Shown: positions 22,855-35,319 of the stretch, one piece after another
Layout of the letters: each line of letters opens with the position of its first letter
Position numbering within the stretch: position 1 is the stretch's first letter
NCBI GenBank assembly: GCA_002633005.1
Contig: NMRA01000658.1
Span: forward strand, 62,001-126,000
Length of the DNA stretch: 64,000 bases
DNA from: Phoronis australis
Taxonomy: Eukaryota; Animalia; Phoronida
Direction: 5' to 3'
Made by a program: the position numbers and the translations under genes
The notes under the pieces: model-generated
Database searches by the model: none
The model's input: the letters and a program-made list of their open reading frames with translations, nothing else
Told to the model about the DNA's origin: nothing

Positions 22855-24920
22855 AACCTATCGCCAGGATTATTTAGGCTTAATTGACCAATCATAACGC
22901 AGCATTCTTGGCACACCTTCGTCTGCGTTTCCAAGCCGCCATTTTACCCGACAAACCACACGTAGTCGAGTAAAACTTACTTTAGTCTATAGCTCAAGAA
23001 ATTGTCCGCTAAGAATGGTGAAACGGTGTTGATATGGCGTGTGTAGCACCGACAGCCGTTATGCTGCTCCAGAATAATATCCCGTCATTTTTTGGCATGT
23101 CCTAAGCCGAAAAATGATGTTGAAAAGCGTAAACTATGGATCGGCCACACGAGCAGCGGAACTTAGCGATGTTGCTTGATAACTCGAAGGCTATAGTAAA
23201 AACAAGTATATTAGTTCCAAGATACGCAATTTTCAGCTTGGTGGCTATGGTGCAGGGCTATCTCAGATTTTGACTCCCGAGTTGCCTACGTCTGGCCGCC
23301 TTTGTCTCGGCACCTGTGGATCTCAGCACTCTAGCGGTAGTCCCCGCGGAAATTGTTGTTTTCAAGGACATTTTTATTTTTTTTTTATTTATTTCAACCT
23401 AATGGACATTATTTTGTTTCGTATCAGAGGTACATTTTTGTTATTCATAAACCCGTAGGCTGGCGTTCAACAAACTCAACTTCTCTCCCGGTCAAAATTC
23501 CGCCAGAGATTCGATCGGCACAGGGAGGGGCACTGGATTACTGCCAGAACTCAAAGCATTGGTCGAGCTGTTGTCACTAAAAATAGACTGTTGAATTACT
23601 TTTTGACGTGTACCTCTAGTATATACACTATGTCTTTAGAGTTAGAGAGAGCTCATTTTGAAGTTGTTCAAACACGATATTTAGATTTATGAAGCTTTAA
23701 AAAAGAAATTGAGTTATTTTTGTAAATACCCCTTTTGCAACTACCACACCAGACTTATAATCTTTTGTAACCATACCACGACTTATAGTGATCATGCTAC
23801 CTTGAAGAAAGCTACCTTTATGGAATGAAACCGCAAAAAAATGCCAAGTTCATCAGAAGGTAGGCCTAAGTTAAATGGACAATTCCATAGGCGCGGCGGA
23901 TTTAGGGAGGGGGGGGCAGGGGCCCCAGCCACCCCCCCCCATTGCCTGCCGCAAGCAAAATGAAACAGCAAGAGCGTGAAGCATGAGGAAATATTGAGTT
24001 CAGTAACTAGGACCGGTAGCGAAAGAGGGGGGCTCAGACCCCAGATCGCGGCGGAACCATGTTCCTGTTCGTTTTAGTCCACCGATAGATTTTCTGAAAA
24101 GAAGGTCCAAAGGTCTACATCCCCGGCCCCTGCAACTTTCGGGCCGCCTATGCACATACAATCGCACTTTGCCCAATTCCACGAGGCAACATGTTGGGCC
24201 CCCCTTGTGGTATCCTAGATCCGCCACTGAATTCCAGACATAAATTTGACTTAGTAGACACAGCCCTAGACCTACCGGAGCTAACTGGCTAACTGTTTGC
24301 CTAGGACGAGATGAGTGTGTACCTGAGCTATGAACGTGAATTTTTTATCAAAATATTACGTTACATGATTAGAAAAGCGTAAATAGTGCTATCGAGTGGA
24401 CCTAGTGCATGTGTTGTCTGTAATCTATGACCTACTTTACTCCAGGAGTCCCACCAGTTGTGACCTACTTTTCATTTGGCGAAATTTAACAGACGACAGA
24501 ATAAATATATCGGTGAATCTTCACTGATTTTATTCGAAAGATCATGAAAACTATGGAATCGTACAAATAATTCGACTTAAAGGTACATACCCAGCTTTAC
24601 GTGAACATATCGTATCAGTGGCCTTGTCATTTGTCAGGTGAAGGTGAACCTCGATCGAGGCCGAGGTGTTCTTCGGATTTTCGCTGGCTCCTCGAGCACT
24701 TATTTTTTCATCGTCACCTTTACAAATTCCCATGTCATGAACGTACGCTTCTCTGTTAAAAAGCATCGCCTATTGTTTCTGTCCAAGCGTTTTTAAATAG
24801 TGTAAAAACACTCATCAATTCCACCAGGAATGTCTAGCGACAGTGTGCCTCTGACATCTCATTCGATTGTCGGGTATCACGTGACTTTTCGCATAGGGGC
24901 GGAGCTTGCGATAGGTCAAT
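22855..24920. mobile_element. Decayed THAP + SWIM DNA transposon (ISL2EU/Harbinger-like), copy 2, inverted relative to copy 1, with nested MITE
   Basis: + strand from about 23015: MVKRC*YGVCSTDSRY...PKPKNDVEKRKLWI (THAP start). Minus strand near 24600: VHLHLTNDKATDTICSRKAG (SWIM-like). Nucleotide similarity to 1184-2840. Confidence 0.7.
23886..24229. mobile_element. GC-rich MITE (GGCGGATTTAG...TAGATCCGCCACTG) nested in the ISL2EU-like copy 2
   Basis: TIR-like GGCGGATTTAGG / CCTAGATCCGCC. Absent from copy 1 of the host element. A partial inverted copy lies at 31880-31995. Confidence 0.7.
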
Positions 24921-25670
24921 ATTCAGTCCAACCTTCAAATCTAATTTCACTTTTAGGAAAAGTTCGTATCTATTGGCAGTGACTTAAATATGAATTACAA
25001 TTTGAATGTTTTAAAAGGGAAGTCTTTTTACTATTTCAGAAAAATTTAGAATTTCAGGATTTCAATTTTAAGTTCAGTACCTCTTTGTTTAGAGATAATT
25101 GGATTTGAAAACGACACCTACCACAGGTATGTTTGTGGTTGTAAATGGCTTGTTAAAGTTGCAAATCACGTTTTGTTACTTGTATTTTGTTTAAAGATCT
25201 ATAAAAACGCACTTCGAGTTGCGTAATTGTTTTAAAATTCCTTCAAACAAGCTTGTTATATGTGAAACATAAGACCTACTTTAAAATTTGTGGCATAAGT
25301 TGACAAAATTTCTCACAAATGTATCCGAGCGACGCACGCATTTTCCACATCAATTACTACGCAGGGTACGGCAACTGTCTGTTTTGCGACTTTATTACGC
25401 TATCAATGTCTTTCAAAAGAGACGTATGTACAATGGAGAATGAAAATGTTTTAATCCACGGGTGTCTAGTAACTTACCGGGGACATCAGAGCGCTCATCT
25501 GCAGTAGAACCAATTTTTAAAACATCATTTTAGAACATAGCTCCCTTTCAGTGAGACAAGAGGCGGATGAATCTGTTTCGGGAAAGATTGTTAGCACCTA
25601 TATATATCAGTGCAGTTCTGTGTATGAATAAATGTGTGGACTGTGTAAGTACTTCTGGAAACGCGTTCGC

Positions 25671-25839
25671 GTACATAGCACGATAATAGATGTTTAATAG
25701 TGAGAATGGTGTTTGTAAATATCGTACATAGCACGATAATAGATGTTTAATAGTGAGAATGGTGTTTGTAAATATCGTACATAGCACGATAATAGATGTT
25801 TAATAGTGAGAATGGTGTTTGTAAATATCGTACATAGCA
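25671..25839. repeat. Minisatellite, about 53-bp unit x3
   Basis: GTACATAGCACGATAATAGATGTTTAATAGTGAGAATGGTGTTTGTAAATATC repeated three times. Confidence 0.92.
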
Positions 25840-26577
25840 AGTCATTTTCTTGCATTTTATTTAGCACACTGTTCGGATGTTTTTTTCTTGTTCAAAGGAC
25901 GGGAAACTAAAGAAAAATTAGGATGTTTGTTCCATTCAGAATGTGTGTATTGTCACTAGGCTGCAAAAATCAAGATCTGTAAATCTTTTTAGTAAGATAA
26001 TCTATGTAGAGTTGCATGATAGACAGCATGAGTACAGGACTCGATGTATCTTGAAGCTCTCAAAAGAGAAGAGTAAAATTAATGCAATTGAGAAACCACT
26101 TAAAATTGTGAGAAGACAATGAAGTTGCATTCGAAAGGACATGAAGAAATATATTCTAGAGTACATGTCTACGTTTCGTTTCGCACAGTAATGCAATTCA
26201 CGAATCTACAAAAACAAGACCATATTCACAAATCAGTATCACCAGTGCTCAACACGGTCGGCGAAAATCTCCGCTGGAAAACAGGAGTGACGGCGTATGT
26301 GCACTCGCGCGTGTATACCCGGACTTGGCTTCGTAAAGGATGGCGACCAAAAAAAAACGTCGAAACTCCGTGTTTGAATTTGGCATTCGTATTTTTACGT
26401 TTCTTAAACGTTTTCCGAGCGCTTTACTCGTAAATTTCACGTCGTTTTGCTACGAGCGTAGCCAGTGGTCGCCGGGGACATGGTAGTTGTTACGTCTTCT
26501 GCAGTGCATTTTAAGTGGACGCTTTGTTGAATTGAAACTTACCAGGTTGAAAGTCAATCACTGTCTTTCATAGTACG

Positions 26578-26727
26578 TGCGGTAAGTTGGTTAGTAAAGT
26601 CAGAGAGAAAACTTTTAGTAGCTACGTCTGACAACAATCATGTTTTTATTACCCAACATCCTTAGCTACACCACACCAGAGACACCAAGTATCGAACAAG
26701 TACACTAAACGCAATCAAGATACTGCA
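26578..26727 (-). repeat. 3' LTR of Gypsy element C
   Basis: 150 bp, similar to 30717-30863, adjacent to the PPT. Confidence 0.93.
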
Positions 26728-29700
26728 TCCCTCCCTTCCGAAGTCTAACCTTAACTCTACTTATGAGTTACACACTAAACACAAGAGTCAAAGTGCTCTA
26801 TAAGTCAAGTCTATCAGGAGCCTTCACAGTCCGTTGTGAGCGACGAACAACTGGTGTCCCGGTTGGCGGTATATTGTTCATCACATCTGGCACGGTACCT
26901 TGATCTGAAGGTTTATCAACAGAATTATTAACACTAGTGTCTGGTACAAACACCAAATCGTTAGAGTCAGCACTAATGAATGAATCTGATTTCAGTTCAT
27001 GATCTGGTTTCATGCTATGAACAATATGATCAACATGGCGCTTCATGACACGTCCATCATCCAGCTCAATCAAAAACGTAACTGGACCACTCTGATCAGT
27101 AACTGTTCCGAACAACCATTTTGCATCACCTTAAGCATGATTTTTTACCAAAACTTTGTCACCAACATCGAATGTTCGCAATCGAGCAGACTTATCATGC
27201 TGGCTCTTTTGATCCATTTGTTTTTCCGCCACTTTTGCATTCAAATTAGGCCGCAAATTGTCCAAACGCGATCTGATCTTAAGAGAATAAAGTATCTCGC
27301 ATGGCGGTTCACCGGTAGTTGTTTGTGGCGTTAACCGGTACCACATCAAAAACTTTGACACACGCTCACTCAGTGTTTTACCACTGACTTTCTTGAGTCC
27401 TTCCTTCACAGTCTGAACAGCTTTCTCAGCCATACCATTGGACGACGGATGGTATGGAGAAACAAGGGTATGCCTAACAGCATTACTGTTTAAGAAGTCC
27501 TTGAATTTACGACTGGTGAAACACGTACCATTATCACCGACTATGACACGGGGAACTCCTCTGTCCGCGAAAGATTTCCGCAATCCATCAATGGTAGCAC
27601 TAGTTGAAGTCGAATGAGTTATGTGAACATCGATCCATTTTGACTTAGAGTCAATAATAATCAACAGCATTTTCCCTTCAAATGGACCGGCATAGTCTAT
27701 GTGCAGTCGTTCCCAAGGCTCACCTGGGAAGACCCAAGGGTGCAGCGGTGCATTCGCTCGGGCTTTCCTACTCTGACAGCATGACGAACAACCACGGACG
27801 ACCCGTTCAATCTCTGAGTCCATGTTAGGGTACCACACATAACACTTCGCTAATGCCTTCATTCTAGACATTTCCGGATGGGCTTCATGAAGTTCACTGA
27901 GAATGTGTGTACGCAATGGGGTGGGGATTACTAAACGACAATCCCACAGTAAACAGCCACCCTCCAAACTCAGCTCGAGCTTACGATTGTAGAATGGACG
28001 AAAATTGTCACCAATGTCCGACGGCCAACCATATTTCACGAAGTGCACGACTTTCGAAAGAATAGGGTCTCGTGCGGTCAAACGTTTCACTTCGGCTACG
28101 TTTGCACAAGTCGATGACAACTGTTCCTTAAGCCAATTTACACGTCCGGGTACAGCGACATCTGTAGGAGCAGGGTCGACCGGTAATCGGCTCAGCGCGT
28201 CAGCATTTCTAAGTTTAGATCCCGGTTTATACCGAATCTCATAACAATATGCTGATAGTATCAACGACCAACGCGTTAAATGATCTGAAGCCATTTTGCG
28301 GAATCCCTTTCTTTGTTCCGAAAATATTCATCAAGGGTTTAAGATCAGTCTCGATAACGAAGTTTCTTCCATACAAATACTGATGGAAATACTTCAGCCC
28401 GAAAATAATTGCAAGTCCCTCTTTGTCTAATTGACTATAGTTCTTTTCCGCACTGCTTAGAGTTCGTGAGGCAAAAGCTATCGGGCGCTCATCTGGATCA
28501 GTATGTGCAATAACAGCACCAACACCATACGCAGAGGCATCACAAGTGAGTACTATCGGTTTTTCCGGATCATAATCAGCGCCAGCACAGTGTCAGAACA
28601 CAGCAAATCCTTTGATGCACGAAATGCGTCTTCTTGGCGGCTCGACCAAAGCCAAGATTTGTTTTTGCGTAATAATTCGTACAGAGGTGCAAACTGTGTT
28701 GACGCATTGCGAATGTATTTGCCGTAGTAATTTACCATTGCGAGGTAAGCTCTTAGTTCAGACACATTTTTCGGCACTGGGGCATTTCTAATGGCCTCGA
28801 TTTTAGCATTAGTAGGATGAAGTCCTTGTGCGTCAATACGGTGACCTAAATACTCGATCTCGTCCTGTAAGAAATTACACTTTGAACGATTTAATGTGAG
28901 TCCAGCATCTGACAGCTTTTGCAAAACAGCTTTCAGATTTGTAAAATGTTCATCCCGTGTTTTACCCGTAATGACTATGTCATCTAAGTACACTATGACA
29001 CCGGGTAACCCTTGTAATAACGTGTCTATGGCGCGTTGCCAAATCGCAGGGGCGGACGCGATTCCAAACGCTAGTCGCTCCTGACAATACAGACCACGAT
29101 GAGTGTTGATCGTTAGATACTCTTTCGAGCGATCATCAACTTTCATCTGTAAGTAGGCGTTGCTCATGTCCAGTTTTGAAAACTGGCTACCAAGAGCTAA
29201 CTTAGTTTGCAGTTCGTCGATTCTCGGTAATGGGTACTTTATCAAAAATTGCAACTTGGTTCACAGTCACTCCATAGTCGCCGCAAATGCGAATTTTCCC
29301 ATTAGCCTTTACCACGAGCACAATGGGTGTAGCCCACCTCGAAGATTCCACTACTTAGGCTAATGATTCCCAATGATTCTAATCGATCAAGTTCTTCGTC
29401 CACTTTCTCACGGAGAGCAAAGGGTACCGAGCGAGCCTTGAAAAACCGAGGTTTCACATCGGACGATATGTGCAGACGTGCTTCGACGCCTTTCATGAGA
29501 CCAAGTTCATCGGAGAATAAGTGAGCATTTCATCTAAGTCACTAACTTTCGCAGATAACTTGTTAACCGCGTTACAATCACTCAGGAGACGGTCGCTCCA
29601 GTCAGGTCCAAGCAAAACAGCTAACCAGTCACGGCCAAGTAAACATGGCCCATCACCAGGGACCACCAAAAATGACAAGTCATACTTCTGGCCATTAGCT

Positions 29701-30716
29701 GTCACGCAAACGTCGGCTTTACCGTGCAAATCAAGTTGCTATTTGGTATATGTATACAGAGTATCATCCGCAGGTCTCAGTTTGGGTTTTGCACTTGAAT
29801 AATGACTATCAAACTGCCTTTGGGTTACAATTGTTCGAGGAGAGCCAGTATCAAGCTCAAATTGCATAGGATTTCCATCCACACACATTAGTGTTTTCAT
29901 TAGTGTATTATGTAAACTATTTAACAAGGAGCCATTGTCCTCTGACACATGGTTCATACGTTTGGTTTTCGACTTCGGTTTCGACGATTTCGAAGGTACA
30001 AAACGGTCTGGGCATTTCCGTTGAATGTGTCCCGTTCTGTGGCATCCATGACATTCCGCGTCCTTGAATCCACATTTGTCTGGATAGTGTCGACCTCCAC
30101 AACGAAAACACGGCTTGGGGGGGTTTCTGTTGCTGTGGTTTGTGATGTACATGGTTCACACTTGAGGTTGGAGACTGACCAATGAGCATTGTCTACTGCC
30201 ATTTCCATGCTCGAGCATATCTCATGGGCCTTGGAGAAGGTTAGATATTTAATTGCAAACAACCGCTTTTGAATTTCAAAGTTCTCAACCCCACACACAA
30301 GCCAATCTCGTAGCATGTCCTCCAGGGTATTGCCATAATGGCAATGTGCTGCCAACTCCTGCAACCTACTGATAAAATTTGACATTTTCTCCCCTTTTGC
30401 GGAATTAAATTTATATCGCGCAACAATGGGGTTAGGTGTAGGAGAATAGTGGTTTTTTAACACATCAAGAAGCTCAGAATGCGACTTATGCTCTGGTTTA
30501 AACGGTTGGATTAAGTTCTTCACCAACTGGTAGGTTTCCGATCCCCACGAGGTCAGGAAAATGGCGCGCTTCTTGATCATTGTGTCTATGTCATTCGCCA
30601 CGAAATAAAACTCTAAACGTTCCACATACGATTGCCATGATTCCACCGCTTGGTCAAAATAAGACAGAGCACCGTGGACCGCCACTGATCAAAAGTATCA
30701 TCGTCGCCAATAAATA

Positions 30717-30863
30717 TGCGGTAACTTGGTTAGTAAAGTCAGAGGGAAAACTAGCCACGTCTGACAACAACCATGTTTTCATTACCCAACATCCTTAGCT
30801 ACACCACACCAGAGACACCAAGTGTCGAATTACAAGTACACTAAACGCAATCAAGATACTGCA
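30717..30863 (-). repeat. 5' LTR of Gypsy element C
   Basis: 147 bp, similar to 26578-26727, followed on the minus strand by the PBS. Confidence 0.93.
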
Positions 30864-31879
30864 GTACGCTACAAGAAATTTATTCTTAAACAGAACCATT
30901 CTTTTCTCGCAGTTTAAGAGTCAAATCCCCTGCCTGGTTCGCAGTCGAAGTAACAGGTGCTGTGCACGTGACTGGCTGACCTACTTTTTTCCATATACGG
31001 CACGCAGTGCCACACACAGAGGATTAACTCGAATCGCCCAAAAATCATGGAATTCCACAATGAGTTGAAGTATTTCGAGGCATTTATTTTCATGCCAAGT
31101 TATTCATTGAATACGTAACCAACATTACACACCACATTTTTTTCTCGTATAATTTGCACTGCATTCTCGCGCATCAATATAAGTCGTTCGGCCGTGCGGA
31201 TTTTTTAAATATTTTTTCATTCATTCGTTGAGTTGCAACGGAGCTATGCGAACAAATTAAGGAAGTTTGCGCTAACTTTTATCTGGTTTGCATGTTCAAC
31301 GACATTGATGGCATTTTTACGGCAGGTCAGTGCTAGAATTTTGTCGGGTATCATTTTTTTCGAAGTGTGCGTTCTCCGTCGGCAATTTCAAATTGGCTGC
31401 TCCGTCGAATATATCGAGTACAGCTTCAACTTTCGCGTCGGCAACTAGCATTAGGGGTACGGTAAATCCTTTTAACTTCGGTGTGTGGGTTCTTCAATTT
31501 CAAAGATTAAGTGTCCATGTACGGGTAGTTAGCGCTGGATGCAATATTTCTCGACACTAGTCGTCCGGGGGATTCCGTATGAAGTCACCTTGACGTCACA
31601 GAATAGGAAGGTATTCCCCAAAGATGGCTGCCAGTATTTGCCGATCGTCTTTGTGACATTTATAGTAAAAATAGACGGCAAAAGTTTCTAATGTAGAGTT
31701 ATTTCTTAATATTTAGCGAACTCAAACAACGAAATTTATTAATAATAAATGTTTAGCCTTCATTTACGCCGAAGTTGTTTTGGAACAGGCCGTCTTTTTT
31801 CCGTCTTGGCCGTGCCGTCCAAAGCAGTCATTTTTTTAAAAGGGCCGTCCCATGGACGGCCGCTAGGTGAGTAACTCGT

Positions 31880-31995
31880 CTGAGCCCCCCACCCCTTGTC
31901 CACTACCGGTCCTAGTTATATTTCCTCACGCTTCGCGTTGTTTCATTTTGCTTGCGGCAGCCCAAGGAGGGGAGGGGGGGGGAGGGGCGCCTATG
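31880..31995 (-). mobile_element. Partial inverted copy of the 23886-24229 MITE
   Basis: CTGAGCCCCCC..CTACCGGTCCTAGTTA..TGTTTCATTTTGCTTGCGGCAG..GGCGCCTATG is the reverse complement of 23886-24040. Confidence 0.7.
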
Positions 31996-32067
31996 AGAAA
32001 TCATGACTGGCGTAGTCATTAGCAGATGATTAAAACGGAGCCGAGTTGCGTAGCCAAAACGATCAAT

Positions 32068-32216
32068 TGTAGCGCTGCGTCTGAGGGAACTGAGGCAATT
32101 CTGAATAAAACGCTTTATTCCAACACGACCGATTACACAAAGTTGGTGAATACAACCGAATGCGCATGCTTACTTTCTAATATAACATGAGAAGTTAATG
32201 AATAAGTAACACTACA
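32068..32216 (-). repeat. Possible solo or orphan LTR
   Basis: TGTAG...CTACA ends, about 150 bp, internal TTTATT (AATAAA on the minus strand), C-rich tract just beyond. No clear TSD. Confidence 0.4.
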
Positions 32217-33534
32217 TTACAAATCCCCAGTTTCTTACTCTAAAAGTGCTGTTTCTTTGCCGCTTTTTTGGCCGTAACCTACTAGACCTGGTCTGCCACC
32301 GGGCACTGAGCCGAGCGTAAGTATCACAACGGGCCGTTTTGTAAGCGATACCTGTCAAATGTTTTCATCATTTGCTCACCATTTTAAGATAAACATGCAT
32401 TATCATGTTCCCTCACAGCTCAGTGTAAAAATTTGGTCCTTTTTTCAATAAAGTCCTTGACCATGTAAGTGGTCGTGCCCAACTTGGAACCAAGGACTCG
32501 TGTATTGCGTAAAACAACAGGAATTCATATCACTGGCTAGAAAAACAGCCCACAAATTACTAAAATTTCTTCAGGAATGTCGTTTTGTTGAGGTCCAATG
32601 TTTTCCTAGTACTGCATGTTTTCATTGTCTTGAGACATAACAACCTCCATAGGCCTTGCACCTAAAATGAAAACAATCGCTGTTACTTAGGTGTTGCAGA
32701 CAAGAAAAGCAGTTTGGGGCAAATGATGAGTCATCGCTCATTCAGTCCCAGACAAAATTGATTGGCCAGTCATAATTTAAATACTGGTAAGAACCACGTA
32801 TTATGTATTATATATTGCCACTAACACAGAAAAGGAGTAGTCAAAAATTTTTTCGTAATTACTGGTATTGAAATTCTTAACATCGAATATGGAGGTGAAG
32901 GCCATACTTGATAAAAATCCAATCAAAACTAAAGGAGGTGATAAGCGACTAAATCCTGATAGATGATGAACAATAGACAACCAGCCCACTCCGCAATACA
33001 GCCCAGGCCCTCAATACATGAACACATGTACAAAATAGGTCATGTACTCCAATACAAGAAAACACCAACGCAAAGCATTGTTATGTGCCTACATAGTAAA
33101 CCAACTTCGAATCCTATTGTATTGGCCATAGTGTCCACAGTGCACCACAAACAGTAATTTTCTAGAAGCGCTTCACAGGTTCGTGAAAAGTAAAATAAGA
33201 CAACATTTTTTTACCACAAGGATTAACACTGAGAACTGATATCAAAGTATTTGTACCACACAATTTAAACTAACACCAAGTTTAAATAAAAAATCCACGA
33301 AGGACAACAACACTAGTCATTCGAAAATTAGCAGGTGTTGTCTGTTTCTTTTCACACAGAACAATCGTGAAATTTAGCAAATACAGAGATAGACCCAAAA
33401 GACATAAGAGGGCACAGCACTTGATGAAATCTGCTACAACTAGTATCAGATCATCTCCAAAACGGAACAGTGCTGTTGCTGATAAGTCGAATTGGTAAAA
33501 CAATTGACTGGTGCCGGCTCACAAATTGACTCCC

Positions 33535-34200
33535 ATAGACCCAATTCACGCGGCGGACGTTAAAATCCAAAGCGAGGCTCAGTGCGATAAACATCAGCGA
33601 AAGTAGACATTGCGTGAGTTAAATACCCGGTCTTTCGAGTCCAACCTGGATATTAAATTTCAATGTGTCGACAATTAACCACAGAGACGTAGAAAATTAC
33701 ATTAGAGAACAAGTTAAGGCGCCAAAGAGTTTTCTGACGAAAGGGTTTAATTTTTTTCGGAAAACTAGGTTCGAAACATGAAAAGTAAATATGACCAAAT
33801 TGTGGCGATCGTAGTGTTACGGATTAAGTATTATGCTGAAAGCAGGGTTACGTTTTTTCTTGTAAATTGTTGATCAAAATACTTTCTACGCGAACAAGGC
33901 CATCTGCTCGTATTGTTGACGAGTTGAAGACATATTCGACAGTGGTGGCTGTCATGTGCAATTAGTCACATCTGGTATAATTTGTTGATCAAGAATATTA
34001 ACATCAAGCATAGCCTGATCCTATGCACTCACTGGGACTAACAGTTGATTTGTCATTGATCTGAAAGAATAATTGTTGTTATCAAATATATATTTTATTA
34101 AAATAAAAAACCAGGCTCGTAATTGAAAATAAAAATTATGTGACCATCAATTCTGCTTTCTTGATTGTAATAATTCTTACGTCTATTTCACGTGTTTTCA
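33535..34200 (+). mobile_element. Possible further ISL2EU-like remnant
   Basis: ATAGACCCAATTCACGCGGCGG terminus-like motif and very degraded SWIM-like coding traces. Confidence 0.3.
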
Positions 34201-34679
34201 AATATCAATCTGGACCAAGTTGAATTTTAAAATTAAAACACCTAATTCGTTCGTCCAAAGCATAACCTCGTTTTCAGTAGAACTCAACTTCAGTTAACTG
34301 GACAATGCAATCATAGTTATCATGTTTCTGCAGGAGCCTCGTTCATCCGAGGGGAAAGGTGCCAGTGCCTACTGAGGGCGGGAACAATCTACCTCCCGAT
34401 CACCATCAATAGCACCCCCGCCCTGTTACAAGCTCTCATAGGCTGTGTCTCAATTTACAGTAGCCTTTTGTGCTCTTAAAAAATGTCCCCTGTGTGGTTA
34501 CAGATGATGTGAACTCAGAAAGATTTTCACTAGGGGAATTTTTATGCCTCGTGGGGGGAATTTTGCGTGATATTTCAATATTTTTGAGAGGGGAATAGGG
34601 CCGATATTGGGCCCCAAATTCGAAAGATTGAGGGCATTGTCCTTTTTGGAAAGGAAAATTATAATGTTTCAACCCGTAG

Positions 34680-34985
34680 CAGGGGCGGATCCAGGATTTT
34701 GAGATGGGGGGGCAGGGCACAGGAATAAGCAGCATTTCGGCAGATGTGCACGCTCAGCCTAAAATCTGGGAATGCAGGGGTCTTGAATTCTTGGGTTTGC
34801 GGTCCAGTTGACTAAAAAAAAACGGTAAACGGGGTTCATTCAGCGCCTATGCGTTGTTTATTCACCCCTCAAGACCCCCTGGTTGCGCACGTGTGCTAGT
34901 CAGCAATTCGCACCGGAACTCAAAAATGGGATCTGATACAATTTTAGGGGGGCCATGGCCCCCTTGCCCCCCCCCCTAAATCCGT
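34680..34985 (-). mobile_element. GC-rich MITE (CAGGGGCGGATCCAGG ... CCCCCCTAAATCCG)
   Basis: Reverse-complement match to 42678-42938 along its length. Confidence 0.75.
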
Positions 34986-35319
34986 AGTCATGAAAACACA
35001 GCCTGGCTGGCCCATTCTCCGGTCGTTACTATGCTGCTTGACAACCGAGATGCGACAAAATATGATCTAACTTTTCGAAAACATTTATAAATTTTACACG
35101 GACATATTTTGCTTCGTCACGGCGTATGGCAACGACCCAGCGCTTCCGAATCTCAACGTCTTTAGAGATTGTAGAGCAGACAGTTGCGTGTCGGCATTTT
35201 TTCTAGCCGTTCAAGGAACAACACTGACTGAAATACAGAACTATGCCGATAAGCTAACAGAGCTATGGCAGCAAGCCTCGTTTTCGAACGCACCTCCTGC
35301 CGGCGTGAATTGGCTCTAT

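Larger units (their letters stand above)
26578..30863 (-). mobile_element. Full-length but decayed Ty3/Gypsy (Mag-like) LTR retrotransposon C
   Basis: LTRs at 26578-26727 and 30717-30863 (TG...CA, several mismatches/indels). 5-bp TSD GTACG on both sides. PBS TGGCGACGA near 30701-30709 (tRNA-Ser-like). PPT near 26728-26740. Gag (WQSYVERLEFYFVAND), CCHC knuckles, protease FELDTGS, RT YLDD, RNase H TCDAS, integrase HIDYAGPF...GDNG...SNGMAE. Many frameshifts. Confidence 0.96.
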
